NCBI RefSeq assembly: GCF_000014785.1
Contig: NC_008340.1
Coordinates: 990,001-1,022,000 of the forward strand
Direction of reading: 5' to 3'
Length of the DNA stretch: 32,000 nucleotides
Origin: Alkalilimnicola ehrlichii MLHE-1
Lineage (GTDB): Bacteria; Pseudomonadota; Gammaproteobacteria; Nitrococcales; Halorhodospiraceae
The translations under genes and the position numbers were made by a program. The notes under the pieces are model-generated. The model saw only the letters and a program-made list of their open reading frames with translations, was not told the DNA's origin and made no database searches. This document shows, one piece after another, positions 19,293-28,273 of the stretch. Numbering within the stretch: position 1 is the stretch's first letter; each line of letters begins with the position of its first letter.

Positions 19293-19319
19293 TCAAGTTT
19301 CGGGCCCCGCGACCGATGC
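19293..19319 (+). promoter_or_regulatory. Candidate sigma-28 promoter for cheV
   Basis: TCAAGTTT-N11-ACCGATGC, about 45 bp upstream of cheV ATG. Confidence 0.55.
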
Positions 19320-19364
19320 CAAAGGCCAGGGTTGGACCGGCGTCCTGTAGCCACCGGGGGAGTC

Positions 19365-20303
19365 ATGTCGCAGATTTTGCACGCAGTCGATCAGCGCACG
19401 CAGCTGGCGGGACGCAACCGCATGGAGTTGTTGCTGTTCCATTTCGGCGGCGCCCAGCGCTACGGCATCAACGTCTTCAAGGTGCGGGAGGTCATCCCCG
19501 CGCCGCGCCTGAGCCGGGTCCCCCAGAGCCACCCGGTGGCCCGAGGCATCGCCCACATCCGTGGCCAGACCATCCCGGTGCTGGACCTGAGCATGGCCGT
19601 GGGTGGCCCGCCGCTGGATGTCGGGGATGGCGGCTACGTGGTGGTCACCGAGTACAATCGTACGGTGCAGGGTTTCCTGGTGGCTGGGGTGGACCGTATC
19701 GTGAACCTGCAGTGGGAGGACGTGCTGCCGCCGCCCTCCCAGGGCTCCGGGGAGACCTACCTGACCGCCATCGCCCGCATCGAGGGGAAGATGGTGCAGA
19801 TCATCGATGTGGAGAAGGTGCTGGCCGAACTCAACGCCGCCGGCGGGCTGGACCCGCGGCAGGTGGAGGGCGGCGCGGACGAGGCACTGCAGGGCGCGGA
19901 GGGCTGGCATGTGCTGGTGGCGGACGATTCCGTCATCGCCCGCCGGCAGGTGGTGCACACTGTGGAGGACCTGGGGTTGGCGTGCACCGCCGTGCGGGAC
20001 GGCCTGGAGGCGCTGGAACAGCTCAAGGCCTGGACGGGGGAGACCCCCTCACCGCTCGACCGGCTCCTGATGGTGATCTCCGACGTGGAGATGCCCCGCA
20101 TGGACGGCTACACGCTGACCAGCCGTATCCGCACCGACGAGGCCCTGCAGGGGCTCCATGTGCTGCTGCATTCGTCGTTGTCCGGGGTCTTTAACGAGCG
20201 GATGGTCCAGCAGGTGGGGGCGGACGATTTTCTGTCGAAGTTCCGTTCCAATGAACTGGCGGCGCGGGTGGAGAACCGCCTTGCGGCGGTGACGCAGCGC
20301 TGA
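19365..20303 (+). CDS. cheV: Chemotaxis protein CheV (CheW domain + receiver)
   Basis: LFHFGGAQRYGINVFKVREVIPAPRLSRVPQSHPVARGIAHIRGQTIPVLDLS CheW region; VLVADDSVIARRQVVHTVEDLGLACTAV...MVISDVEMPRMDGYTLTSRIR receiver. Confidence 0.95.
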   Translation: MSQILHAVDQRTQLAGRNRMELLLFHFGGAQRYGINVFKVREVIPAPRLSRVPQSHPVARGIAHIRGQTIPVLDLSMAVGGPPLDVGDGGYVVVTEYNRTVQGFLVAGVDRIVNLQWEDVLPPPSQGSGETYLTAIARIEGKMVQIIDVEKVLAELNAAGGLDPRQVEGGADEALQGAEGWHVLVADDSVIARRQVVHTVEDLGLACTAVRDGLEALEQLKAWTGETPSPLDRLLMVISDVEMPRMDGYTLTSRIRTDEALQGLHVLLHSSLSGVFNERMVQQVGADDFLSKFRSNELAARVENRLAAVTQR

Positions 20304-20355
20304 GGTGCGGCCGACACGGTACGCACCCCTGCCGCGGTGGTGACTATCGCAGGGA

Positions 20356-21189
20356 GTGAGCTTGAGCGTTTCAGCCATTAAAGAGAAAGACTACCAGGCG
20401 TTCCGCCAGTTACTGGAGTCGTCCAGCGGCATTGTGTTGGGCGACAACAAGCAGTACCTGGTGGCGAGTCGTCTGGGGCCGCTGATGGCGGATCAGCGGG
20501 TTTCCGATCTGGGGGAGCTGGTCGAACGGCTGCGCCGTCCGGGCGGTGCGACCCTGCGTGCCAAGGTGGTCGAGGCGATGACCACCAACGAGACCCAGTG
20601 GTTCCGGGATGGTTTTCCCTTCCGCGTCCTGCGCGAGCGCATCCTGCCCGACTTCGTGGAGCGTGGTCAGCGCTCCATCCGCATCTGGTCCGCGGCCTGC
20701 TCCTCCGGTCAGGAGGCGTATTCCATCAGCATGACGGTGGATGAGTTCAACCAGTCGGGCCGGGGGGCGATCGACGCCGAGATCCTGGGCACCGATATCG
20801 CGCCGCGGATGATCGAGATGGCGCGTCAGGGGCGGTATCGGGCCAGTGTCGCCCGTCGCGGCCTCACTCCGGAGCGCCAGCAGCGCTTTTTCCGGGAGGT
20901 GGGTGACGACACCTGGGAGGTGCGCCCGGAGGTCAAGCGCCGGACCCGCTTTCAGCTACATAACCTGCTCGACAGCTATGCCTCACTGGGTCGGTTCGAC
21001 ATCATCTTCTGTCGTAATGTGCTCATCTACTTCTCCACGGATTCCCGTCGCGACATCATTCACCGCATGGCCCGGGCGGTCCGGCCCGGCGGCTGGCTGA
21101 TCGTCGGCGCCTCGGAGTCCCTCTCCGGCTATGCGGCGGATTTTGAGATGAAGCGCCTGGACGGCGGTGTCGTCTACCGCCGCGCCTGA
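20356..21189 (+). CDS. cheR: Chemotaxis protein methyltransferase CheR
   Basis: MTTNETQWFRDGFPF, IRIWSAACSSGQEAYSISM, ILGTDIAPRMIEMARQGRY, FDIIFCRNVLIYFS, LIVGASESLSGY; GTG start (alternative TTG at 20362). Confidence 0.95.
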   Translation: MSLSVSAIKEKDYQAFRQLLESSSGIVLGDNKQYLVASRLGPLMADQRVSDLGELVERLRRPGGATLRAKVVEAMTTNETQWFRDGFPFRVLRERILPDFVERGQRSIRIWSAACSSGQEAYSISMTVDEFNQSGRGAIDAEILGTDIAPRMIEMARQGRYRASVARRGLTPERQQRFFREVGDDTWEVRPEVKRRTRFQLHNLLDSYASLGRFDIIFCRNVLIYFSTDSRRDIIHRMARAVRPGGWLIVGASESLSGYAADFEMKRLDGGVVYRRA

Positions 21190-21288
21190 ATCCGCCCCTT
21201 CGGGGCAAGGCCTTGCCGGCGGCCGGTAAAGGGCAGCCGCCCGTCCCGTCCTGGCTCGACGGCGAGCGGATGGTCTGACTCAGGCGTT

Positions 21289-21422
21289 GGCGATCTGGGG
21301 GCGGGGTGGCGGGTGTTCCCCGGTGGGGACGCCGCGAGTACATCCCTGTAGGCTCGTCGCCGGCCATCCCTGGCCGGCGACGCCCCACCGGGGAACACCC
21401 GCCACCCCGCCCCCAGATCGCC
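21289..21422. repeat. 134-bp nested palindrome: 40-bp perfect inverted arms enclosing two small hairpins
   Basis: GGCGATCTGGGGGCGGGGTGGCGGGTGTTCCCCGGTGGGG at 21289-21328 is the exact reverse complement of 21383-21422. The 54-nt interior contains CGAG-TACA-TCCC-TGTA-GG-CTCG (21335-21356) and TCGCCGGCCA-TCCC-TGGCCGGCGA (21357-21380). Confidence 0.95.
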
Positions 21423-21443
21423 ACCACCTCCCAATGTCTGACC

Positions 21444-21460
21444 TGGCATGCTGATTGCTT
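21444..21460 (+). promoter_or_regulatory. Candidate sigma-54 promoter for flgB
   Basis: TGGCATG-CTGA-TTGCTT, close to consensus TGGCACG-N4-TTGCW; 34 bp before flgB ATG. Confidence 0.85.
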
Positions 21461-21493
21461 AATCTCCCATGGAAACCACAGGAGAGGTGAGTA

Positions 21494-21898
21494 ATGAGCC
21501 TGTCGTTGGACAAAGCCTTTGGCACCCAGGAACTGGCCCTGCGCCTGCGCGCCGAGCGCTCGCAGCTCTTGGCCTCCAACATCGCCAATGCCGACACACC
21601 GCACTACAAGGCCCAGGATATGGACTTCCAGGCGGCCATGCGGGCCGCCGAGGGCAAGCAGGCCCAGCCGTTGCAGGCAACCCATGCCAAGCACTTTGCG
21701 GTCAGCCGCGGGGGCGGCCTGGCTGGCGACCCGCAAGCCCTCTACCGCGTGCCCCACGGCCCGGCCCTGGACGGCAACACGGTGGAGAGCCACGTCGAGC
21801 AGGCCCGGTTTGCCGAGAACTCGGTGCAGTACCAGGCGACGCTGACCTTCCTGGGCAATCGCATCACCGGCCTGCTCGGTGCCATTCGCGGTGAATGA
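21494..21898 (+). CDS. flgB: Flagellar basal body rod protein FlgB
   Basis: MSLSLDKAFGTQELALRLRAERSQLLASNIANADTPHYKAQDMDF. Confidence 0.97.
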   Translation: MSLSLDKAFGTQELALRLRAERSQLLASNIANADTPHYKAQDMDFQAAMRAAEGKQAQPLQATHAKHFAVSRGGGLAGDPQALYRVPHGPALDGNTVESHVEQARFAENSVQYQATLTFLGNRITGLLGAIRGE

Positions 21899-21912
21899 CG
21901 GAGATTTGACGC

Positions 21913-22368
21913 ATGTCCCTGTTCAAGGTTTTCGATGTATCCGGCTCCGGCATGAACGCCCAGCAGACCCGCCTCAACACCGTCGCCAGCAACCTGGCCA
22001 ACTCGGAGACCGTGGCGGGGAGCCCAGAGCAGGCCTACCGGTCGCGCCAGCCGGTCTTCGCCTCGGTGCTGCAGGCAGCGCAGCAGGGGCAGGCGGCCGG
22101 GAATCCCAACCACCCGGGCGATGCCCGCGGTACCAACGTGGGCGTGAAGGTCGAGGATATCGTGCAGAGCGATGCCCCCGTGCAACCGCTCTACATGCCC
22201 AACCACCCGCAGGCGGACGAGCAGGGCTACGTCTACCGCTCCAACGTCAATCCGGTGGAGGAGATGACCAACATGATCTCCGCCTCACGCAGTTATCAGA
22301 ACAACGTGGAGGTGATGAACACCTCCAAAGAGCTGCTGTTGCAGACCCTGCGGTTGGGCCAGCAGTGA
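21913..22368 (+). CDS. flgC: Flagellar basal body rod protein FlgC
   Basis: MSLFKVFDVSGSGMNAQQTRLNTVASNLANSETVAG...NPVEEMTNMISASRSYQNNVEVMNTSKELLLQTLRLGQ. Confidence 0.97.
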   Translation: MSLFKVFDVSGSGMNAQQTRLNTVASNLANSETVAGSPEQAYRSRQPVFASVLQAAQQGQAAGNPNHPGDARGTNVGVKVEDIVQSDAPVQPLYMPNHPQADEQGYVYRSNVNPVEEMTNMISASRSYQNNVEVMNTSKELLLQTLRLGQQ

Positions 22369-22418
22369 CCGGTGGCGGACAGGCGGGCCCACGGGCGGCG
22401 ATAGAGAGGGGATAAGGA

Positions 22419-23087
22419 ATGAATATCAGCGGAGCCGGAAGCGGCGACTACAGCCGGGCACAACCGACCCAGCGGGAGCCGGCCGGCGAGCTCGGACAGG
22501 ATGATTTTCTCAAGCTGATGATCACCCAGCTGCAGAACCAGGACCCCATGAACCCCATGGAGAGTGGCGAGTTCATGTCCCAGATCGCCTCCTTCACCAC
22601 CGCCTCCGGCATGGACCAGTTGCAGAAGTCCTTCTCGGAGTTTCAGCAGGACATGCGCGCCAACCAGGCCCTGCAGGCCGCCTCACTGGTGGGGCGTGAG
22701 GTGCTGGTGGAGACCGATGCCGGCCGGCTGCCCGCCGACGGCGAGATGACCGGCATCGTCCAGCTCCCCTCGGCGGTCGCCAACGCCAACATCCACATCC
22801 ACAACGCCGCGGGTGAGCGGGTCCGCACCCTTGCCACCGGCGAGCAGCCGAGCGGCGACTACCGGTTTGCCTGGGACGGGCGTGCCGACGACGGACGTAC
22901 GTTGCCCCCGGGGGCGTACCGGGTGACCGCCTCCACCCAGGTGGAGGGCGAGGAACGGAGCCTGAGGGTCATGAACTCAGCACCGGTGGTCAGCGTGACC
23001 CTGGCCGGTGAGAACGAACGGGGGCCGCGGGTGAATCTGGACGGCATCGGCGAGATGGCCCTGTCCGATATCCGTCGGGTGCAGTAA
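22419..23087 (+). CDS. flgD: Flagellar hook assembly protein FlgD
   Basis: LGQDDFLKLMITQLQNQDPMNPMESGEFMSQIASFTTASGMDQLQ. Confidence 0.97.
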   Translation: MNISGAGSGDYSRAQPTQREPAGELGQDDFLKLMITQLQNQDPMNPMESGEFMSQIASFTTASGMDQLQKSFSEFQQDMRANQALQAASLVGREVLVETDAGRLPADGEMTGIVQLPSAVANANIHIHNAAGERVRTLATGEQPSGDYRFAWDGRADDGRTLPPGAYRVTASTQVEGEERSLRVMNSAPVVSVTLAGENERGPRVNLDGIGEMALSDIRRVQ

Positions 23088-23115
23088 CAGCGATCGAACA
23101 AAAAGGGGATTCGTT

Positions 23116-24408
23116 ATGTCATTCGGAACATCGCTTACCGGGCTGAACGCCGCCCAGTCGGAACTCAACATCACCGGCGACAACATCGCCAACAGCTCCA
23201 CTTGGGGTTTCAAGGAAAGCCGGCCGGAGTTCGCCGACCTGTTCGCGTCCAGCAACCTGGGGGTGACCGGGCTGGCGATCGGCCAGGGGGTCCGGCTGCA
23301 GAACGTCGGCCAGCAATTCAGCCAGGGGCAGTTCGACTTTACCGAGAACAGCCTGGACCTGGGGATCAGCGGCAAGGGTTTCTTCCGTCTCAGTGACGAC
23401 GGCGATATCTCCTACACCCGGTCCGGCGCCTTCCAGCTGGACCGGGAGGGCTGGATTACCAACTCGGCCGGCAAGCGCCTGACCGGCTTCGCCGCCGATG
23501 GCGACGGCAACATCGTCGGTGACGGCCAGCAGGAGCTGCGGGTGGAGACCGGCAATGTGGCCCCCGAGGCAACCACCGAGGCGCGGATCCAGGCCAACCT
23601 GAACGCCGGCGCCGAGATTCCGCCGGCCTACACGCTGGATGCCGACGATCGCCTGGCGGACTTCGATCAGCTCGAGTGGGTGGGGCCGGATGAGAACAAT
23701 CCGGTGCCCGGCGCCGTGTTCGACCCGCGGGATACCGCCACCTTCAACGAGTCGACCAGCACCACCTTTTTCGACTCCCTCGGGCGCCAGCACACCGCCA
23801 ATTTCTACTTCATCAAGGGCAATGACAACGACTGGTATGTGCACACGGAGGTGGACGGCGAGGTCCTCAACAACGGCCAGCCCCAGCCGATCAGCTTTGG
23901 CCCCAACGGTCTCATCGAGGGCAACGCGACCTTCGACTACACCCGGGCGTTGGCCGATGCGGAGGACCTGGATTTCGAGCTCGACCTCGAATCGCTGACC
24001 CAGTTCGGCACCCCCTTCGCGGTCAGCGATATCACCCAGGATGGCTTCGCCGCCGGTGAGTTCTCCAGCCTGGATGTGTCCGAGGACGGCACCATCTTCG
24101 CCCGCTTCACCAATGGCCAGTCGGAGGTGCTCGGACGGGTGGGCGTCACCAAGTTCCCCAGCCAGGAGAACCTGCAGCCGGTGGGTGATACCGAATGGGT
24201 CGCCACCTTCGAGGCCGGTGAGCCGGTGGTCGGCACCGCCGGGACCTCGGACTTCGGCAGTATCGAATCCGGCGCCCTGGAGCAGTCCAACGTGGACATC
24301 TCGGAGCAGCTGGTGAAGATGATCGTTGCCCAGCGGAACTTCTCCGCCAACGCCAAGATGATCAGCACCGAAGACCAGATCACCCAGGAAATCCTCAACA
24401 TCCGCTGA
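23116..24408 (+). CDS. flgE: Flagellar hook protein FlgE
   Basis: MSFGTSLTGLNAAQSELNITGDNIANSSTWGFKESRPEFADLFA...ISEQLVKMIVAQRNFSANAKMISTEDQITQEILNIR. Confidence 0.97.
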   Translation: MSFGTSLTGLNAAQSELNITGDNIANSSTWGFKESRPEFADLFASSNLGVTGLAIGQGVRLQNVGQQFSQGQFDFTENSLDLGISGKGFFRLSDDGDISYTRSGAFQLDREGWITNSAGKRLTGFAADGDGNIVGDGQQELRVETGNVAPEATTEARIQANLNAGAEIPPAYTLDADDRLADFDQLEWVGPDENNPVPGAVFDPRDTATFNESTSTTFFDSLGRQHTANFYFIKGNDNDWYVHTEVDGEVLNNGQPQPISFGPNGLIEGNATFDYTRALADAEDLDFELDLESLTQFGTPFAVSDITQDGFAAGEFSSLDVSEDGTIFARFTNGQSEVLGRVGVTKFPSQENLQPVGDTEWVATFEAGEPVVGTAGTSDFGSIESGALEQSNVDISEQLVKMIVAQRNFSANAKMISTEDQITQEILNIR

Positions 24409-24461
24409 TGAGGCATGACCGCCATGCCGGGCTCACACCCGGTGGCGGGGAGGCAAGACCC

Positions 24462-25202
24462 ATGGATCGCTTGGTTTACCTGGCCATGACCGGGGCGAAG
24501 CACACCCTGGAGGCCCAGCAGCACAATAACCACAACCTGGCCAACGTGGACACGCCCGGCTTCCGCGCCGACCTGGACGCGTTGATGTCGGCGCCGGTGC
24601 GCGGCCCGGGGCACGATGCCCGGGCCTACTCCGAGGCGCTCACGGTGGGCAGCGACTTTCGCCAGGGCGGCATCGTACAGACCGGGCGGGCGCTGGATGT
24701 GGCCATTGACGGTGACGGTTGGTTGGCGGTTCAGGCCCCCGATGGGGGTGAGGCCTACACCCGCCGGGGGGATCTGCAGATCGCCGACGGCGGCTTGTTG
24801 ACCACCGGTGACGGGCACCTGGTCATGGGTGAGGCCGGACCGGTGGCCATCCCGCCGGCGGACGAGATCGAGATCGGGGCCGACGGCACCCTCAGCATCA
24901 TTCCCGCCGGGCAGAATCCGGACCAGTGGGTGGAGTTGGACCGGCTCAAGCTGGTGGACCCGGCTCTCCAGGACCTGCGCAAGGACAATGACGGCCTGTT
25001 CCGGCTGGTGGATGGAGGGGAGGCCGAGGCGGACGCCGGCGTGCGCCTGGTCTCCGGCGCCTACGAGGGTAGCAACGTCAACATGGTGGATGCGCTGGTG
25101 AAGATGATCGACCACGCCCGCCAGTTCGAGACCTACGTCAAGATGATGACGGCGGCCGAGGAGAACGACCAGACCAGCGCCCAGTTGTTGCGCAACAGCT
25201 AA
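24462..25202 (+). CDS. flgF: Flagellar basal body rod protein FlgF
   Basis: MDRLVYLAMTGAKHTLEAQQHNNHNLANVDTPGFRADL...VNMVDALVKMIDHARQFETYVKMMTAAEENDQTSAQLLRN. Confidence 0.95.
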   Translation: MDRLVYLAMTGAKHTLEAQQHNNHNLANVDTPGFRADLDALMSAPVRGPGHDARAYSEALTVGSDFRQGGIVQTGRALDVAIDGDGWLAVQAPDGGEAYTRRGDLQIADGGLLTTGDGHLVMGEAGPVAIPPADEIEIGADGTLSIIPAGQNPDQWVELDRLKLVDPALQDLRKDNDGLFRLVDGGEAEADAGVRLVSGAYEGSNVNMVDALVKMIDHARQFETYVKMMTAAEENDQTSAQLLRNS

Positions 25203-25219
25203 TGACCACGCGGTAGGTC

Positions 25220-25575
25220 ACACGCCGTCTGGACTGCCACGCCCCCTGCGGGGGCTCGCAGTGACGGGTGGGGGAGGCGGCACCCCCGTCATCGCGAGCC
25301 CCCCGCCCCGCTGCGCGGGCGCGAATCAGCGAGGAACGGGGCACCCCCGTCATCGCGAGGGCCGCAGGCCCGTGGCGATCCAGGGCGGTAGACTGCCACG
25401 TCGGCTTCGCCTCCTCGCAGTGACGGTGGGGGTGGGGCCGCGCTCGCAGTGAGGGTAGGGGGCGCCCGCAGCGTCTGGCCATGTTCATCAAGAGGGCCGA
25501 AGGCCCGCGGCGATCCACACGCCGGCTTGGACTGCCACGCCCCCTGCGGGGGCTCGCAGTGACGGGTGGGGGTGC
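25220..25575. repeat. Cluster of degenerate palindromic/direct repeats between flgF and flgG
   Basis: TGGACTGCCACGCCCCCTGCGGGGGCTCGCAGTGACGGGTGGGGG occurs identically at 25231-25275 and 25529-25573; GCACCCCCGTCATCGCGAG at 25281-25299 and 25342-25360; CCGTCATCGCGAGG (25348-25361) faces CCTCGCAGTGACGG (25414-25427) as imperfect inverted ends. Confidence 0.92.
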
Positions 25576-25582
25576 CGAAAAT

Positions 25583-25598
25583 GGCCCCGATCTTGCAA
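25583..25598 (+). promoter_or_regulatory. Candidate sigma-54 promoter for flgG
   Basis: TGGCCCC-GATC-TTGCA with correct GG-N10-GC spacing, 46 bp upstream of flgG. Confidence 0.5.
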
Positions 25599-25643
25599 TC
25601 AAGCCGGTAACGGCAGGAAACCGACACCACGGAGGCACATGCC

Positions 25644-26429
25644 ATGAATCCAGCACTTTGGGTGGCCAAGACCGGCCTGGATGCGCAGCAGACGCGTATG
25701 CAGGTGGTGTCCAACAACCTGGCCAACGTCAACACCACCGGCTTCAAGAAGGACCGGGCCAACTTCGAGGACCTGATCTACCAGACGGTCCGCCAAGCCG
25801 GCGGCCAGAGCACCCAGGACACCCTTCTGCCCACCGGGCTGAATCTGGGGACCGGGGTCCGGGTCACCTCCACGGAAAAGATCCACATGCAGGGCAACAT
25901 CCAGCAGACCGAGAACTCGCTGGATATCGCCATTGAGGGCGACGGCTTCTTCCAGATCCTCATGCCCGATGGCGAGATCGCCTACAGCCGCGACGGCAGC
26001 TTCAACGTCGATGACCAGGGCCAGATGGTGACCTCCTCCGGCTACCAACTGCAGCCGCCCATCAATATCCCGGACGACGCGGTCAGCGTCACCATCGGCC
26101 GTGACGGCACCGTCAGCGCCCGCCTGCCCGGTCAGGCCGATCCGCAGCAGCTCGGCAACATCCAGCTGGCCGACTTCATCAATCCGGCGGGACTCGATGC
26201 CATGGGCGGCAACCTGTTCCGCGAGACCGCCGCCAGCGGCCCGCCACAGATCAGCGACCCGGGCCTGGACGGTGTCGGTACCCTCCTGCAGGGCGCGCTG
26301 GAGAGCTCCAACGTCAACATTGCCGAGGAACTGGTCAACATGATCGAGACCCAGCGGGCCTTCGAGACCAACACCAAGGCCATCTCGTCCACCGACCAGA
26401 TGCTGCAGTTCATCAACAACAACATCTAA
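25644..26429 (+). CDS. flgG: Flagellar basal body rod protein FlgG
   Basis: [54 protein letters not shown]...[29 protein letters not shown]. Confidence 0.98.
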   Translation: MNPALWVAKTGLDAQQTRMQVVSNNLANVNTTGFKKDRANFEDLIYQTVRQAGGQSTQDTLLPTGLNLGTGVRVTSTEKIHMQGNIQQTENSLDIAIEGDGFFQILMPDGEIAYSRDGSFNVDDQGQMVTSSGYQLQPPINIPDDAVSVTIGRDGTVSARLPGQADPQQLGNIQLADFINPAGLDAMGGNLFRETAASGPPQISDPGLDGVGTLLQGALESSNVNIAEELVNMIETQRAFETNTKAISSTDQMLQFINNNI

Positions 26430-26440
26430 GGAGCGCGGCG

Positions 26441-27115
26441 ATGAACCACCGGCTCATCAAATGGCTGTTCATGGCCCTGGCGGTCACCGCGCTGGCGGGG
26501 TGCGCCGGCATGCCCGACCAGGCCCCCAAGCCGCTGCCACTGCCGGAGATCGCGGAGCCCGAGCGCCAGAACAACGGCGCCATCTACCAGGCCGGCGGTG
26601 AGCAACGGCTGTTCGAGGACCGGCGCTCACGGCGGGTGGGTGATGTGATCACCGTGCTGTTCGAAGAGAACACCGATGCCAGCAAGTCCAACAGCAGCTC
26701 CATGACCAAGAGCAGTAGCGCCGAGTTGCCGGCACCGACCGTGGCCGGCCGTGGTGCCACCCGTGGCGGGGTGCCGCTGGAGTTCGACGCCCAGGCCGAT
26801 CGCAGCTTCAGCGGAGACGGGGCCGCCGACCAGAGCAATCAGCTCACCGGCACCCTGACCGCCATCGTCACCGATACCATGCCCAACGGCTACCTGGTCA
26901 TCGAGGGGCAGAAGAAGCTGACCCTCAATCAGGGTGCGGAGTACGTGACCATCTCGGGCATTGTGCGACCCGATGACGTGGGCGCCGACAATACCGTCTC
27001 GTCGCTGCGCGTGGCCAATGCCCAGATCGCCTACACGGGGACCGGGGCGCTGGCCGACAGCAACCGCCCCGGCTGGCTGACCCGGGTGTTCAACAGTCGC
27101 TGGTGGCCGTTGTAA
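26441..27115 (+). CDS. flgH: Flagellar L-ring protein FlgH (lipoprotein)
   Basis: Lipobox LAGC after signal sequence; LFEDRRSRRVGDVITVLFEENTDASKSNSSSMTKSS..., VTISGIVRPDDVGADNTVSSLRVANAQIAYTG. Confidence 0.97.
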   Translation: MNHRLIKWLFMALAVTALAGCAGMPDQAPKPLPLPEIAEPERQNNGAIYQAGGEQRLFEDRRSRRVGDVITVLFEENTDASKSNSSSMTKSSSAELPAPTVAGRGATRGGVPLEFDAQADRSFSGDGAADQSNQLTGTLTAIVTDTMPNGYLVIEGQKKLTLNQGAEYVTISGIVRPDDVGADNTVSSLRVANAQIAYTGTGALADSNRPGWLTRVFNSRWWPL

Positions 27116-27133
27116 GGCCGCCGAGGGGGGATC

Positions 27134-28264
27134 ATGCGACAAGCACATTGGGGGACCACCCGCCTGACCTTGATCGGCCTGCTCGCCGTCATCGTCCTGC
27201 TGATGGGCGGACTGGCCCAGGCCGAACGGATCAAGGACATCGCCTCGGTTCAGGGCGTGCGCAGCAACCAACTGGTGGGCTACGGCCTGGTGGTGGGGCT
27301 GGACGGGACCGGTGATCAGTCCAGCCAGGCCCCGTTCACCATCCAGAGCATCCGCTCCATGCTGGCGGCGCAGGGTATCGCCATACCCGACAACGTGAAC
27401 ATGCAGGTGGACAACGTGGCCGCGGTGATGGTCACCGCCGAATTGCCGCCCTTTGCCCGCCAGGGCCAGACCCTGGATATCACCGTCTCCTCGCTGGGCA
27501 ACGCCGACAGCCTGCGCGGCGGCACGCTGCTGATGACCCCGCTGCGTGGCGCCGACGGCGAGGTCTACGCCATGGCCCAGGGCAATATGCTGGTGGGCGG
27601 GTTTGGCGCCGAGGGGGCGGACGGCTCCCGCATCACCGTCAACATCCCCAGTGCCGGCACCATCCCCAACGGCGCCACTGTGGAGCGGGAGGTGCGCAGC
27701 CCCTTCGCCCAGCAGGGCGACATCGTGCTCAATCTGAACACCCCCGACTTCACCACCGCCCACCGGGTGGCGGAGGCCATCAACGAGACCCTGGGCCCGA
27801 ATACCGCCCAGGCCCAGGACGCCGTCTCCATCCGGGTACAGGCCCCGCAGACCCCCAACCAGCGGGTCAGTTTCATGAGCTACCTGGAGGAGATCCGGGT
27901 CACTCCGGCGGAGGCACCGGCCAGGGTCATCGTCAACGCGCGCACCGGATCGGTGGTCATTGGCAGCGAGGTGAAGGTGCGACCGGCGGCCATCACCCAT
28001 GGCAGCCTTACCGTGACCATTACCGAGGCGCCTTTCGTGGTCCAGCCCGATCCCTTCACCGAGGGCGAGACCATGGTGGTGCCGCAGACCGACATCGAGA
28101 TCGAGGAGCAGGCCAACCCCATGTTCGTCTTCGGTCCGGGCACCACGCTGGATGAGATCGTCAACGCGGTCAATCGGGTGGGCGCGGCGCCGGGGGATCT
28201 GGTCTCCATCCTCGAGGCGCTGAAGCGGGCCGGTGCGCTGCGTGCGGAACTCATCATCATCTGA
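27134..28264 (+). CDS. flgI: Flagellar P-ring protein FlgI
   Basis: [48 protein letters not shown]..., [34 protein letters not shown]. Confidence 0.98.
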   Translation: MRQAHWGTTRLTLIGLLAVIVLLMGGLAQAERIKDIASVQGVRSNQLVGYGLVVGLDGTGDQSSQAPFTIQSIRSMLAAQGIAIPDNVNMQVDNVAAVMVTAELPPFARQGQTLDITVSSLGNADSLRGGTLLMTPLRGADGEVYAMAQGNMLVGGFGAEGADGSRITVNIPSAGTIPNGATVEREVRSPFAQQGDIVLNLNTPDFTTAHRVAEAINETLGPNTAQAQDAVSIRVQAPQTPNQRVSFMSYLEEIRVTPAEAPARVIVNARTGSVVIGSEVKVRPAAITHGSLTVTITEAPFVVQPDPFTEGETMVVPQTDIEIEEQANPMFVFGPGTTLDEIVNAVNRVGAAPGDLVSILEALKRAGALRAELIII

Positions 28265-28273
28265 GGTGGGGCA

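Noticed and set aside
19268-20194. 308-aa plus-strand ORF overlapping cheV in another frame
   Set aside because: The cheV frame carries full CheW and receiver motifs; this frame is Arg/Gly/Pro-rich shadow coding.
21174-21449. Small minus-strand ORFs (91 and 245 aa) over the cheR-flgB gap
   Set aside because: Translations simply traverse the long palindrome; no RBS or family signature. Such repeat-derived hypothetical proteins are common annotation artefacts.
22369-22418. Possible promoter or terminator between flgC and flgD
   Set aside because: Gap is only 50 bp with no convincing sigma-54, sigma-28 or hairpin/U-tract signal.
25220-25575. Possible CRISPR array because of repeated units
   Set aside because: Only two identical 45-bp copies 298 bp apart plus degenerate partial copies, no regular spacer length, no cas genes.
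25220-25575. Evidence that flgF-flgG separation indicates an insertion sequence or transposon
   Set aside because: No transposase ORF or long terminal inverted repeats enclosing a coding region; only short palindromic non-coding repeats.
25138-25762. Minus-strand ORFs of 172 and 157 aa (RHCEEAKPTWQ..., RHCEPPQGAWQS...)
   Set aside because: They translate the flgF-flgG repeat cluster; internal similarity comes from repeated DNA, not a protein family.
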